Positions 48,876-58,742 of a stretch of DNA of 64,000 nucleotides are shown here, piece by piece. Origin of the DNA: Candidatus Woesearchaeota archaeon. GTDB taxonomy: Archaea > Nanobdellota > Nanobdellia > Woesearchaeales > GW2011-AR4. How positions within the stretch are numbered: position 1 is the first letter of the stretch; each line of letters begins with the position of its first letter. The stretch spans positions 10,999-74,998 of the forward strand of contig JACPMR010000002.1 in the NCBI GenBank assembly GCA_016185945.1, written 5' to 3'. A program made the translations under genes and the position numbers. The notes below the pieces were generated by a model. It was not told where the DNA came from and did not search any database. It was given only the letters and a program-made list of their open reading frames with translations.

Positions 48876-49226
48876 TTACATCAGCTCTTTTACTAATCTT
48901 CTTAATACTGCAATCTGTGTTTCAAGGCGGTTTTTTGCTCTTGATATGTCTTCTGCAAGGCTATGATCGTAAAAAACATCTTTGACCCATGTACTGAAGT
49001 CATTCTTGAATTCATTGGCATGATGCCTGAAGATTTCCTCGCTCATGGTTTCAAGCGCATCTGCAAGCTCTATGATGTTTTTCAGCTTTCTGCCGTCTGC
49101 AACAACAAAATGATGCTCTTCGGGAGCTTCTCCGAGAACTTTTTTTCTTATTATTACTTCGACTGATTGCAATGGCTTTTTAGAATCAGACTTATTTTTA
49201 GCTGTTCTGCCTCTTTTTTTAACCAT
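48876..49226 (-). CDS. hypothetical protein, paralogue B (basic N-terminal tail)
   Basis: Same motif block as 48574-48873. Confidence 0.5.
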   Translation of the reverse strand: MVKKRGRTAKNKSDSKKPLQSVEVIIRKKVLGEAPEEHHFVVADGRKLKNIIELADALETMSEEIFRHHANEFKNDFSTWVKDVFYDHSLAEDISRAKNRLETQIAVLRRLVKELM

Positions 49227-49289
49227 TCTATCACCAATTAGAATGTTATTTGCCTTGTTATTTTTATAATTTGCGGTTTTTGGCTAGAA

Positions 49290-49658
49290 TTATTCAAGTT
49301 GGCAACCGCTTAACTGGCTTAATTGTTCCAAAGTTAATTCGCCTTCTATTCTTTGCCCTATAAATTCCCACGTTGGATAAGCCCTTATGCCGGCATCATT
49401 GCAAAACTGAGTTTGCCCTGCCTGGTTTGGCAGAGAACATTCAATATAGTTTATGTATTGCCTGCTTTCTCCAAACATTTCTTTTTGGCTATTGCAATGT
49501 GGGCACCAATATGCGCCATACATCTTGGCTCCAGAGTTTGTCAGGCATTTGGCAAAATCATCATATTTTGAAGATTTAACAACATTGCCTGTTGTATTAG
49601 TGCAACTGGCAATCAGAAGCCCAGTGACAAATAAGAAAATCATTGTTTTTAGGTTCAT
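49290..49658 (-). CDS. thioredoxin-fold lipoprotein (CxxC thiol-disulfide oxidoreductase-like)
   Basis: Signal peptide LLIASCT. WCPHC motif. Confidence 0.6.
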   Translation of the reverse strand: MNLKTMIFLFVTGLLIASCTNTTGNVVKSSKYDDFAKCLTNSGAKMYGAYWCPHCNSQKEMFGESRQYINYIECSLPNQAGQTQFCNDAGIRAYPTWEFIGQRIEGELTLEQLSQLSGCQLE

Positions 49659-49719
49659 AGAGCTGCTAATATTTTTGGTTATTTAAATGTGAGGTATATA
49701 GAGTATGAGAAAAAGATAA

Positions 49720-50925
49720 CTATCTTTCAACCTTCACTTCGCTCAACTTGTTCGCCTTAATCCTGAAATCATTAAGAATGTTCATGTAAGCAATGAAAGC
49801 TTCGTATGGGCTGTCGTATGGATTAAAATATTTATGCACATCGCCATCATTAAACCACTTAGTGCACATGTAATAGAAGTGGTCGCTTGTCTGCAAGTTT
49901 CTCCATTCATCGATTAAAGCAGGATTGTTTGACAGCTTCACATGCGGCTCCAGAGCATAGATTTCTTTTGTTGCTTCATGCTGCATTTTGTTGCCGAGCC
50001 ATGCGCTCAAGTCCCTTTCAATGTCTGCCCAGCTTACATAATGCGGGAAATCAATTTCAGCAATTGGCTCGTATCTCTTAATGGCTTCGCTTGGTGTTAC
50101 AAAATCATTATCGGGATGCTTTAGTATCTCAGAAGGCAAATGCTTCAGGAAATCAAAAATTCCCTTGTCTTCCCATTGGTGCTCGCCAAAGGTTTCATAG
50201 TCCATGAACAGATTTACAACATTGCCATTGCCGTTAATCTGGCTTATCCATTTGGCATATTTTGGAGCTGTCAACGGAAACTCTTTCCAGCTTTTCTCTG
50301 AAAACCTGAATGCAACATCATCTGACAACCTGTAGTTTTTGAGAAGCAATTTTATGCTGCTCAGCCCTTTTGGCTTGTAGACAAAATTCGGGCTTCTCCA
50401 CTGCAAAATATGGTCAGCTCCTTCTGCAAGAATGCCCTTGTAGCCCATTTTCTCAATGAAGGAGGCTATCTCGTTGCTGAAGACAAGCTCGGTGTTCCTG
50501 AAAACCTTTGGCTTGTAATTGAATAATTGTCTTATTTTTTGGTTATGTAATTGAATTTGTTCTTTAAATTCCTCCTTTGAGTAAAGAAAAGCCAATGTAT
50601 GATTATAAGTTTCATCCAGAATCTCTACACAGCCAGTATCAACAAGCTCTTTGAAGCTGTCTATAACCTCAGGAGCGTATTTTTCCAGCTGCTCAAGCAC
50701 AATGCCTGTCATGCTGTAGGCAACCTTGAATTTTCCATCGGTTTTATTGATTAAGTCAAGAATTATATTGTTGGCTGGCAGATAGCACTTGCGGGTTACT
50801 TTCCTTATGATTGCCTCGTTCTTGTGCTCGTCAAAGTAGCTATTGTGCTGCCCGATTTCAAACACAGAGTACTTTCTAAGCCTTGGCGGCTGGTGAACTT
50901 GAAAGTAAAAACATACGCTTACCAT
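49720..50925 (-). CDS. glycoside hydrolase family 57 protein (alpha-glucan active)
   Basis: CFYFQVHQPPR N-terminus and FMDYETFGEHQ. Confidence 0.75.
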   Translation of the reverse strand: MVSVCFYFQVHQPPRLRKYSVFEIGQHNSYFDEHKNEAIIRKVTRKCYLPANNIILDLINKTDGKFKVAYSMTGIVLEQLEKYAPEVIDSFKELVDTGCVEILDETYNHTLAFLYSKEEFKEQIQLHNQKIRQLFNYKPKVFRNTELVFSNEIASFIEKMGYKGILAEGADHILQWRSPNFVYKPKGLSSIKLLLKNYRLSDDVAFRFSEKSWKEFPLTAPKYAKWISQINGNGNVVNLFMDYETFGEHQWEDKGIFDFLKHLPSEILKHPDNDFVTPSEAIKRYEPIAEIDFPHYVSWADIERDLSAWLGNKMQHEATKEIYALEPHVKLSNNPALIDEWRNLQTSDHFYYMCTKWFNDGDVHKYFNPYDSPYEAFIAYMNILNDFRIKANKLSEVKVER

Positions 50926-50976
50926 TTTTGTTTTTGAGTTTTTGATTTGTTTTTAATCTTGCTTATTAAAAATTTC

Positions 50977-51075
50977 TTCAATCCGTCGTGCTTCGCACGA
51001 CAATATCTTGGCGCCTCGGCATTCTGATGTGAAGGCAACATTTATTTGTGCTCCTCCTCGGCGCCTATACATTTA
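50977..51075 (+). repeat. element copy H (subfamily 1, 3'-truncated)
   Basis: ttcaatccg GTCGTGC-TTCG-GCACGAC, then cggcattctgatgtg...gtgctcctcctcggcgcctatacattt. Confidence 0.55.
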
Positions 51076-51079
51076 ATCC

Positions 51080-52018
51080 TTACTTCTTAAATGCTGTTTT
51101 CATGCTCCAGTTGAATCCAATGTCCTCAATGGTTATTGAATTATTGTTCAAAGAGTCCAAAAACTTAAACTTTTCGTTTTTCTCAAAGCAGCTTCTATGC
51201 CACCATGAAGCACTATCGGAGTTTACAGCTTCTATAACCCTTGCATAGGCTCCTGCATCAAAGTGTATGTACTCAACTACAAGCTTTCCATCATCAGCTA
51301 CGGTGCATCTTGCCACAAACGGCTCTGCAGTCCTTTCCAAAACTGGAGAGTTTGCCTGCAACGCTCCATAGTAGACAGTTCCTGTAATGTTAGCATTACC
51401 GGCGACCATCAATCTCTGGTTTGGGGCAGTTGTGCCTATGCCGACGTTGCCTGCCTCGCTGATTCTCATTCGCTCATTATTGTCGGCGTTGCCTCCCGTA
51501 TAAAACCGAATAACTGCTGCCCCATTGGTGGAGGTGATTGACATCCCTCCTGCTCCGTTAGTTGCCAGTTCTGCGCCAGCCTGCTTTGCCGAGCCGCTAG
51601 AAGTATACGCAGAGCCATAATGATTGAAGAAGTTGGCCGTGACATCATCGGTAACCTGAATTATTGCGCTGGAAGATGTGCCTCCTCCTTGATTTGTAAC
51701 TTTTAATCTCGTCGATGCATCTTGGTCATGTCTTACTTCCAGCCGCTGTGAAGGGCTCGCTGTACCAATGCCCACCTTGTTGTTTGTTGAGTCAACAAAC
51801 AATGTATCCGTATCAATGAATAAGTTGTTTGAAACGTTTAAAGCACCATTTTCCGCTGTAATGCCTGCTCCGCTTATGAGGATGGCTGCCATTACGAATA
51901 GAGCTAACGCTAGGCAGAGCTTTAATATTTGGGTAAAATAGGAGTTCAATCTGGAAAATCTGTTCAAAACAAATCTTTCTTTTTTATTTTTCCTGTATGT
52001 ATTTCTTCTTTTTTCCAT
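51080..52018 (-). CDS. membrane-anchored protein with two copies of a VGIGT(A/T)xPxQRLxV tail-fibre-like motif; GC-rich relative to surroundings
   Basis: TM helix LCLALALFVMAAILISGAG. KVGIGTASPSQRLEV and NVGIGTTAPNQRLMV. A start at the internal Met (52018) avoids overlap with the upstream gene. Confidence 0.55.
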   Translation of the reverse strand: MEKRRNTYRKNKKERFVLNRFSRLNSYFTQILKLCLALALFVMAAILISGAGITAENGALNVSNNLFIDTDTLFVDSTNNKVGIGTASPSQRLEVRHDQDASTRLKVTNQGGGTSSSAIIQVTDDVTANFFNHYGSAYTSSGSAKQAGAELATNGAGGMSITSTNGAAVIRFYTGGNADNNERMRISEAGNVGIGTTAPNQRLMVAGNANITGTVYYGALQANSPVLERTAEPFVARCTVADDGKLVVEYIHFDAGAYARVIEAVNSDSASWWHRSCFEKNEKFKFLDSLNNNSITIEDIGFNWSMKTAFKK

Positions 52019-52028
52019 TCCATTCACC

Positions 52029-54122
52029 TCATGGACTGCCATTCTGTGTTAAAGTTCCTTTCAAAAATACGTATCCAGTCTCATTCACAAAAGCAACTAG
52101 ATTGCTTGAATTGTCCTTTATCCTGAAGTCATTTTTATTTGTGTCAGAGGTTAAAGTACCTTGATTTTCAAATAAAGTTCCATCAATGTACATGCTTCCA
52201 TTGTTTTCTATGATTAAGACATCATTTAGATTGTTTCTTATTTTAAAGGCAAAGTTGTCTGTTGCCTGGAAGTTGGAGTTTTGTTCCAAATTTCCTTTAA
52301 TCACAACATTGCCTGCATCTCCAAACCATGCTATGTTGCTTCCGCTTGAGTTTTTGATGAGGAATTTGTTTATGTCTGGAAGAGAGGTTGAGTTAACTTT
52401 AAAAGTAAAATTAATATCAGCCCAGTCACTCATAGAATTATTATCAAAAGCCAAACAATTCCAAATATAATTTCCATTGGGGATGTTATTAACTATAAAA
52501 GTTTCATAGTCAGAAGTTCCTGTTATATTTTTTGTTTCATCAGCTGCCCATACACCAGAAATATTATGGTATAAAGTAATATTCTTCAGATTCTCATTGA
52601 AATCAGTTGCTGAACAATTGAATATTAGGTTTCCTGTTGTGCTTATGTTGTTGTTTAATGGACTTACTAACGTTACGATTGGTGGTACTGGATTGGATAT
52701 TGTGAATGTTCCAGTGGTGTCATTTCCAGTATTTATACCATCTGTAGCTAGGATTTTTATTTTATATTCATGTGAATTGATAAAGTTAGATGAATTCAAT
52801 AATAAAGTAGTGTTTGGGTAATCAATTTCTATGGTTGATAAACTACTACCATTATCACTTGATATTAATATTGCATATTGGATTGTATCATTGTCTAAGT
52901 CGGAAGCGTTCCATGTTATATTAAAGGATTTGTCGAAGACTTCACTGCCTGTTGGGAAGGTTATTGTGATATTGGGTGTGTTTTGGGACACATTTATCTC
53001 AGATTTTATTACTGTTTCATTTTCTTTTATCATAATCGTGGTCACGTTATCTGTATATGGTAAGACAAAAGCGAAAGCTGTAACGTTTGTTTCGATTGTA
53101 TCACCACCAATCTCCGTTATCGTAAAATCAACATCAAATGTGTGATTGTAAAAAAGAGTACCATTAGATTCGAGAATAATAGAAAAATTACCCGATGAAG
53201 TCTGGTTTTCAATGCTCTGCTCATCTAAAATGTAAGAAATATCTGTAATTAAAGTTCCATTTTTAAGTATGGTTCCACTAAACAAAATTGCTTTCTCGAC
53301 ATTCAATAATTCAGAAGGTTCTTCTAGTTGTTCAAGTAAATGAATGTAAGTTAAGTTATCAATCCATCTATTATTTTGATCGCCTGCATTTCCCATAAAA
53401 TTAAAAAGATTGATTGTGTCATTTTGTGCTTTCCAAGGAACTAGTTTTCCTATAGTACTTGTATCACAACCTGTACTTTCATCTAAACAAGAAGCATCTA
53501 AAGAATTATCATTATCTAAATCGCCATTTGGACAAAAACCAGATATGAAAATAAATCTTGTATCTTGATTTTCCCAAACAGTATCGTTATATTCATCACA
53601 TATGCCAAAAGTGTGTGCCAATTCATGTGCACTTCCATGTCTAAATCCTTCTTCGATAATGACTGCTTTTATGTTAGCAGTTTTTAATGCATTATTTTTA
53701 TAACTTATATATGTATACCCTTTTGTATTATTTTGTCCATGGTTAAAAAACCATCCTTGAGGGACTATTCCAACTACTCTATCTGTTTTATTACTAAGTC
53801 TTCCCTCCTTGTATAATTCTTTAAGGAGATCGAACTTTTCAATTGTACTTAATGTACTTCCTATATTTGAACTAGAAATTCCACGTCTAACATTAGTGAT
53901 AAGTCCTGTATCAGAAAGTGGATAAGTCCTATTTATGAATTGTATACTATTCCCCAATCTCTGATCAAATTCAGAAGATTTTTCATCTATTGCCACAAAA
54001 TCTATTTTTAGTTGTCTTGTTTCTATTACATTTACATGGGTAGTTTTAGAAATAGCTACAACATTATTGATTACTATCATAAATATTATTACTTTTAATA
54101 TAAGTTTGATTATTTTTTTCAT
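52029..54122 (-). CDS. secreted zinc metalloprotease (HExxH) with many N-glycosylation sequons and a C-terminal cassette shared with 56730-58742
   Basis: Signal peptide. GSAHELAHTFGICDEY. Dozens of NxS/T. C-terminal ~110 aa near-identical to the other protein. Confidence 0.7.
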   Translation of the reverse strand: MKKIIKLILKVIIFMIVINNVVAISKTTHVNVIETRQLKIDFVAIDEKSSEFDQRLGNSIQFINRTYPLSDTGLITNVRRGISSSNIGSTLSTIEKFDLLKELYKEGRLSNKTDRVVGIVPQGWFFNHGQNNTKGYTYISYKNNALKTANIKAVIIEEGFRHGSAHELAHTFGICDEYNDTVWENQDTRFIFISGFCPNGDLDNDNSLDASCLDESTGCDTSTIGKLVPWKAQNDTINLFNFMGNAGDQNNRWIDNLTYIHLLEQLEEPSELLNVEKAILFSGTILKNGTLITDISYILDEQSIENQTSSGNFSIILESNGTLFYNHTFDVDFTITEIGGDTIETNVTAFAFVLPYTDNVTTIMIKENETVIKSEINVSQNTPNITITFPTGSEVFDKSFNITWNASDLDNDTIQYAILISSDNGSSLSTIEIDYPNTTLLLNSSNFINSHEYKIKILATDGINTGNDTTGTFTISNPVPPIVTLVSPLNNNISTTGNLIFNCSATDFNENLKNITLYHNISGVWAADETKNITGTSDYETFIVNNIPNGNYIWNCLAFDNNSMSDWADINFTFKVNSTSLPDINKFLIKNSSGSNIAWFGDAGNVVIKGNLEQNSNFQATDNFAFKIRNNLNDVLIIENNGSMYIDGTLFENQGTLTSDTNKNDFRIKDNSSNLVAFVNETGYVFLKGTLTQNGSP

Positions 54123-54478
54123 CTTATTCTAATAAATTTTCTATAAATAATTGTCAGCAAACAAGACACTAAATAATAATATGCTAACAAAACAATAAAA
54201 ACTAATATAAGTGAAGATGTGAAACCATATCTTTCTATATCTATGCTAATATTTGTTATATCTGTAATAAAAATTAAAGGATAAATTGGGCCAGTAACTA
54301 AAAAAGACGGTTTTGATACAATAACGTCTCCAACCTGAGTGTAATAAGCAAAAGGTACTATCCCAAAGAATCCTAAAGTAGCTATAATGATAAATATTAA
54401 GGTGGTTAATATTTTCCATTTCGTCGGTCTAAAAAACTCAACTAAAAACTCATAAATCTTAAATTGTTTTTTTTCCAT
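54119..54478 (-). CDS. small membrane protein
   Basis: 119 aa with 3 hydrophobic segments. Confidence 0.4.
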   Translation of the reverse strand: MEKKQFKIYEFLVEFFRPTKWKILTTLIFIIIATLGFFGIVPFAYYTQVGDVIVSKPSFLVTGPIYPLIFITDITNISIDIERYGFTSSLILVFIVLLAYYYLVSCLLTIIYRKFIRIR

Positions 54479-54551
54479 TTTAGTTCACCTTGACCTTGCA
54501 AGTTGCTACAGTTTCACTCATTTTCACCACCTTTTTTATTTTTTATTTAAA

Positions 54552-56558
54552 TTAAGTAACTTCCACTCTAATCTCTTTATTACTTCCAGCAACATCAGGA
54601 ACAAAATTTAAATCAATATTTTTTTCTTGTCCAGCATTTATAGTTTCTATTGTAGAATTTTTTAGGGTATTTTCAAAAAACAAACTAATAGTAATATTTT
54701 TATTATCTATAAAATTGTTTTTTATAACAGATCTTACTAAAGTAGTTTTACCTTTAACCAAATCGACATCTTTTATGACTTGAATAGGAATGATCTCTTG
54801 AATAGTGAATCCTATTGTTAAATTTGATTCATACCATATTACTTTATCATCATTTTGTGATGCGCTTAACACATCTGTATCATTATCTTTATCGATATCT
54901 ATTGCAAATACAGACCATGCACCATCTGCAGTGATTGATATATTATGTGGTATAAAATTTGGAGGAACACTACCATTGTTCTCGTACCAAGCTATTTTGT
55001 CATCAAATTCAGAAGCACTTAATACATCAATATCATTATCCTTGTCTAAATCTATTGCAAATACTGATCTTGCTCCATTTGCATCAGTTGCTATAATTCT
55101 AGTAGTCCAATTTGGAATTGAACTACCATTATTTTCGTACCATGCTATTTTATTATCATCAACTGATACACTAACTACATCAATATCATTATCACCATCG
55201 ATGTCTATAGCAAATACCGAAGATGCACCTGCAGCAGATGTTGTTATATTATGAACTGTCCAATTCGGTGGAGAACTGCCATTATTTTCATACCAAGTAA
55301 TTCTGTTATCATCCAATGAAGCACTTACCACGTCTATATCATTATCTTTATCTATATCTTTCGCATATACAGACCATGCATTGTTAACATTTGTTGAGAT
55401 TATGTGTGTGGTCCAATTTAGAGGTGATCCTCCTTTATTCTCGTACCATTCTATCCTATCATTAAAACTTGATTCACTAACCACATCAATGTCGCTATCA
55501 TTGTCTATGTCTATTGCATATAGGCCTCCAGGGTCTTTAACAGAACTTATAATATGGCTTACCCAATTTATTGGTGAACCCCCTATATTTTCATACCATT
55601 CAATTCTGTCAAGACCATCTAGAGTGGCGATTACATCAGTATCATTATCTTTATCTAAATCTATCGCAAACACGGCAATAGGTCTGTCGGCATCTGTCTT
55701 TATTGTATAATTTGTCCAGCTTGGAGTGGATCCACCATTATTTTGATACCATTCTATTTTATTGTCAAAATTGACTGAGCTAATAACATCAATATCTTGG
55801 TCATTATCTAGGTCAGCGGCATAGACAGATAATGCTCCATTGGCTGTAACACTTATATTTCGTGCTGTCCACCCGATTACCGGATCAATAAACAATTCTT
55901 CTAATCCTTCAAGTTCTTTATTTACCTCTAAATTAATATAATTTTTATTATTGAAAGAATAAACAGAAACAGAGTAATTTAAATCAGTGATATCCTTAAA
56001 ATTATAATAATTATTTCCAAATGTTAATGTATGTCCTGTTAAAGAACTTTTATTTAAACCTGGAAACTTTCCTTTTGTAACTTCAAACGCTTTAAAGTAA
56101 ATAGGTTTTTTGCTAACAACGTATTTTGTTCTATTCCAAACAACAAAATCAGAATCTATTTCATACAGAATATTTAATTTTGTATTCTTGTTGGTATTTA
56201 ATAAATTTCTAAGAATATAACTCTGTTTTATTGGTCTTTCATCCACATTAAAGAAACTGGTATCAATTTCTTCATAAATGCTTTCAACCTCTATATTTTG
56301 GGATTTAAACTTATTTCTTATTTTTTTTTCAGAAAAAGGAAGAGTTTCTTTATCAAATGCTTCAACAGTGATATTATCATAATCAATGCCAAATCCTATC
56401 TGCTTAAATCTTTTAAGCTGATTAAACTTATCAACAGCTACTATATCATCTATGATTGGTTTTGTTTGATTACCATTTAAACTAACAGCGCTTACAATAA
56501 CAGAGAAAGAAATAACTATAATAAGGAAAGCTATCACCTGCTTTTTGTTTAACTCCAC
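54552..56558 (-). CDS. secreted FG-GAP/VCBS-repeat beta-propeller protein
   Basis: Signal peptide. About 7 repeats of DxDxDxDIDVxS...D.KIxWYENxGGSxxxW. Confidence 0.7.
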   Translation of the reverse strand: MELNKKQVIAFLIIVISFSVIVSAVSLNGNQTKPIIDDIVAVDKFNQLKRFKQIGFGIDYDNITVEAFDKETLPFSEKKIRNKFKSQNIEVESIYEEIDTSFFNVDERPIKQSYILRNLLNTNKNTKLNILYEIDSDFVVWNRTKYVVSKKPIYFKAFEVTKGKFPGLNKSSLTGHTLTFGNNYYNFKDITDLNYSVSVYSFNNKNYINLEVNKELEGLEELFIDPVIGWTARNISVTANGALSVYAADLDNDQDIDVISSVNFDNKIEWYQNNGGSTPSWTNYTIKTDADRPIAVFAIDLDKDNDTDVIATLDGLDRIEWYENIGGSPINWVSHIISSVKDPGGLYAIDIDNDSDIDVVSESSFNDRIEWYENKGGSPLNWTTHIISTNVNNAWSVYAKDIDKDNDIDVVSASLDDNRITWYENNGSSPPNWTVHNITTSAAGASSVFAIDIDGDNDIDVVSVSVDDNKIAWYENNGSSIPNWTTRIIATDANGARSVFAIDLDKDNDIDVLSASEFDDKIAWYENNGSVPPNFIPHNISITADGAWSVFAIDIDKDNDTDVLSASQNDDKVIWYESNLTIGFTIQEIIPIQVIKDVDLVKGKTTLVRSVIKNNFIDNKNITISLFFENTLKNSTIETINAGQEKNIDLNFVPDVAGSNKEIRVEVT

Positions 56559-56729
56559 ACTAACACCCCCAAACTGATTTTTATGATAAAGTACAACTCC
56601 TATTTATATTTTTTCATTTTCTCGTCTATAAATCTTGTATAATCCATTCTATATAAAATATATTTCTTCAATTCTTAAAACTTAATCGAGTTAATAAATT
56701 TTTAACAATAATTCATGTTACATAGTACT

Positions 56730-58742
56730 TTACTTCAAACTCCCCTTCAAAAACAAATAACCACCTTCATTAACAAAAGCAACTAGATTGCTTGAATTGT
56801 CCTTTATCCTGAAGTCATTTTTATTTGTGCCAGAGGTTAAAGTACCTTGATTTTCCTGCAAAGTGCCGTCAATATACATAGAGCCATTGTTTTCTATTAT
56901 CAAGACATCATTTAGGTTGTTTCTTATCTTAAAGGCGAAATTATCTGTCGCTTGGAAGTTTGAGGATTGTTCTAGAACACCTTTTATTACTATATTTCCA
57001 GCATCTCCAAACCATGCTATGTTGCTACCTGAAGAGTTTTTTATGAGGAATTTGTTTATGTCTGGAAGAGAGGTTGTGTTTACAGTGACAGAAGCAGTTA
57101 ATGAAGCAGTTACTGCAGTTGATTCGCTTATTCCAGTTGCATTTGCCTTTACATTGAATGTTCCGCCGCTGCTGAAATTGTAAGCCAGATATACAAATTC
57201 CTTTTCGTTTACAGCTAAAGAGCTTATGTTTATTGTGCTGTTTATCACATTGTTGTTGGCTGTGTCAAACTGCCATTGGACATTTGTGACTGTGTTGCTG
57301 CCGTTGTTCAGAATGACAAATTCAAAGATTTTTAGTGTTCCATTGCTGTACATCTCTGTTATAGATTCTATCTTAAGCGATACAACAACGCTTACATTAT
57401 CCTGTATGTAATAAACACCAAAATCAGATAAATTTAATATACCAAAATTGTTTGAAGAAAATGCCAGAGAGACATTGCAGTAGCCTTCAGAATCCTCGCT
57501 GCAATTTGCTAGAGCATTATTTAATTCCTGATTGAAGTCAAGCACATTTTCTTCATTGCCAAAGTATCCTGTATTATTCCAAGCCTGGCTATTATTTACA
57601 TATAAAATGGGGTTTTGTGTTGCGTTTCTAATTGTAACAGTATTAGCACTTTGTACCTGTGTTCCAAACAACAAACCATCGCTTGGAGTGACTTTGCAAT
57701 ACCATTGATCGCCAGGTGTTAAATTGTTTTTGGCCAATGTTTGAGAGTTTATATTTTGGTTTACACTATTTTTCCACCATTGATAGCTTGAATTTTGCTC
57801 TGTAAAGTTTTCTGGATCGGAATAAGTGTAGTTGCATAATAAGTCTTGTCCAGCATTTGGGATTTCTGGTAGGACACTTACATTAGAAACAGAAGGTGCT
57901 TCATGAGTTCTGTCACAGCTTTGGTCATTGCTTTGATTTATTAAAGTTGATTCATAAACAATATATTTTACACTAGGTGGAGTTACAGCGCCTATCCTGT
58001 TTATGTTTACATAGTCATTGGCGCCCCCTAAATTATCACCGCACTCTGAATCTGTATATAATGTACTATCTGGAGTGCCCTGATCATAATAATAACCTTG
58101 ATGCACATTCAGTATTGTGGCTCTGTTGTAGCAGTCTGTATCGCATATACCACTTCCACCAACCCCTGAGCATGCTACTGTATTCGGAGAGCATAATACC
58201 CCTTCTTTAACTCTGATTTTTGAACGATAAGTGCTGTCGGCATCAGCTTCTGTATGGGCCCTCATTGTCTTAATTAAATAATCAAACTCTGGATCGCCAA
58301 CATTCCCGATATAGTTGTTCATGCCGTTAAACCATGGCGAGCTTCTTTGCGTATCATCCCAAAATCCGCCTATTGCTTCTGAATCACAATCTGGAGAAAC
58401 TGGATCTACTGTAATACTTACCTCATGGTCAGCCATGTGTGTTGCATCATAAGTGAAATTGTAGCATCTTCCTGTATTTGTAGGAGTATAGCTAGAAGAA
58501 ATATCATTATCTTCCACTCTGCTGTTGTCTAAAAATCCAACGTTTGTATCAGAAGCCACTTGAGTCCAATCTTGCTTGCATACTTCCACTGTGCAATTCC
58601 TTACACAAGTTGAGCCTTCGCATTTTACGCCATTATCGGTATAGCCAGAAGGACATGCTGATGTAGTGCAGTTTATGTAAGCCAAAGTATTTGGAATTAT
58701 TAAAAATAATGCTAAAATCCATATTAAATTTATTTTTCTCAT
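56730..58742 (-). CDS. secreted Cys-rich surface protein with shared C-terminal cassette
   Basis: Signal peptide. Cys-rich N-terminus. C-terminal ~110 aa about 90% identical to the tail of 52029-54122. Confidence 0.6.
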   Translation of the reverse strand: MRKINLIWILALFLIIPNTLAYINCTTSACPSGYTDNGVKCEGSTCVRNCTVEVCKQDWTQVASDTNVGFLDNSRVEDNDISSSYTPTNTGRCYNFTYDATHMADHEVSITVDPVSPDCDSEAIGGFWDDTQRSSPWFNGMNNYIGNVGDPEFDYLIKTMRAHTEADADSTYRSKIRVKEGVLCSPNTVACSGVGGSGICDTDCYNRATILNVHQGYYYDQGTPDSTLYTDSECGDNLGGANDYVNINRIGAVTPPSVKYIVYESTLINQSNDQSCDRTHEAPSVSNVSVLPEIPNAGQDLLCNYTYSDPENFTEQNSSYQWWKNSVNQNINSQTLAKNNLTPGDQWYCKVTPSDGLLFGTQVQSANTVTIRNATQNPILYVNNSQAWNNTGYFGNEENVLDFNQELNNALANCSEDSEGYCNVSLAFSSNNFGILNLSDFGVYYIQDNVSVVVSLKIESITEMYSNGTLKIFEFVILNNGSNTVTNVQWQFDTANNNVINSTINISSLAVNEKEFVYLAYNFSSGGTFNVKANATGISESTAVTASLTASVTVNTTSLPDINKFLIKNSSGSNIAWFGDAGNIVIKGVLEQSSNFQATDNFAFKIRNNLNDVLIIENNGSMYIDGTLQENQGTLTSGTNKNDFRIKDNSSNLVAFVNEGGYLFLKGSLK

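Noticed and set aside
54805-55710. Plus-strand ORFs 54805-55254 and 55381-55710
   Set aside because: Antisense to the FG-GAP repeat gene. They are repetitive because the sense-strand repeats are. No independent signals.
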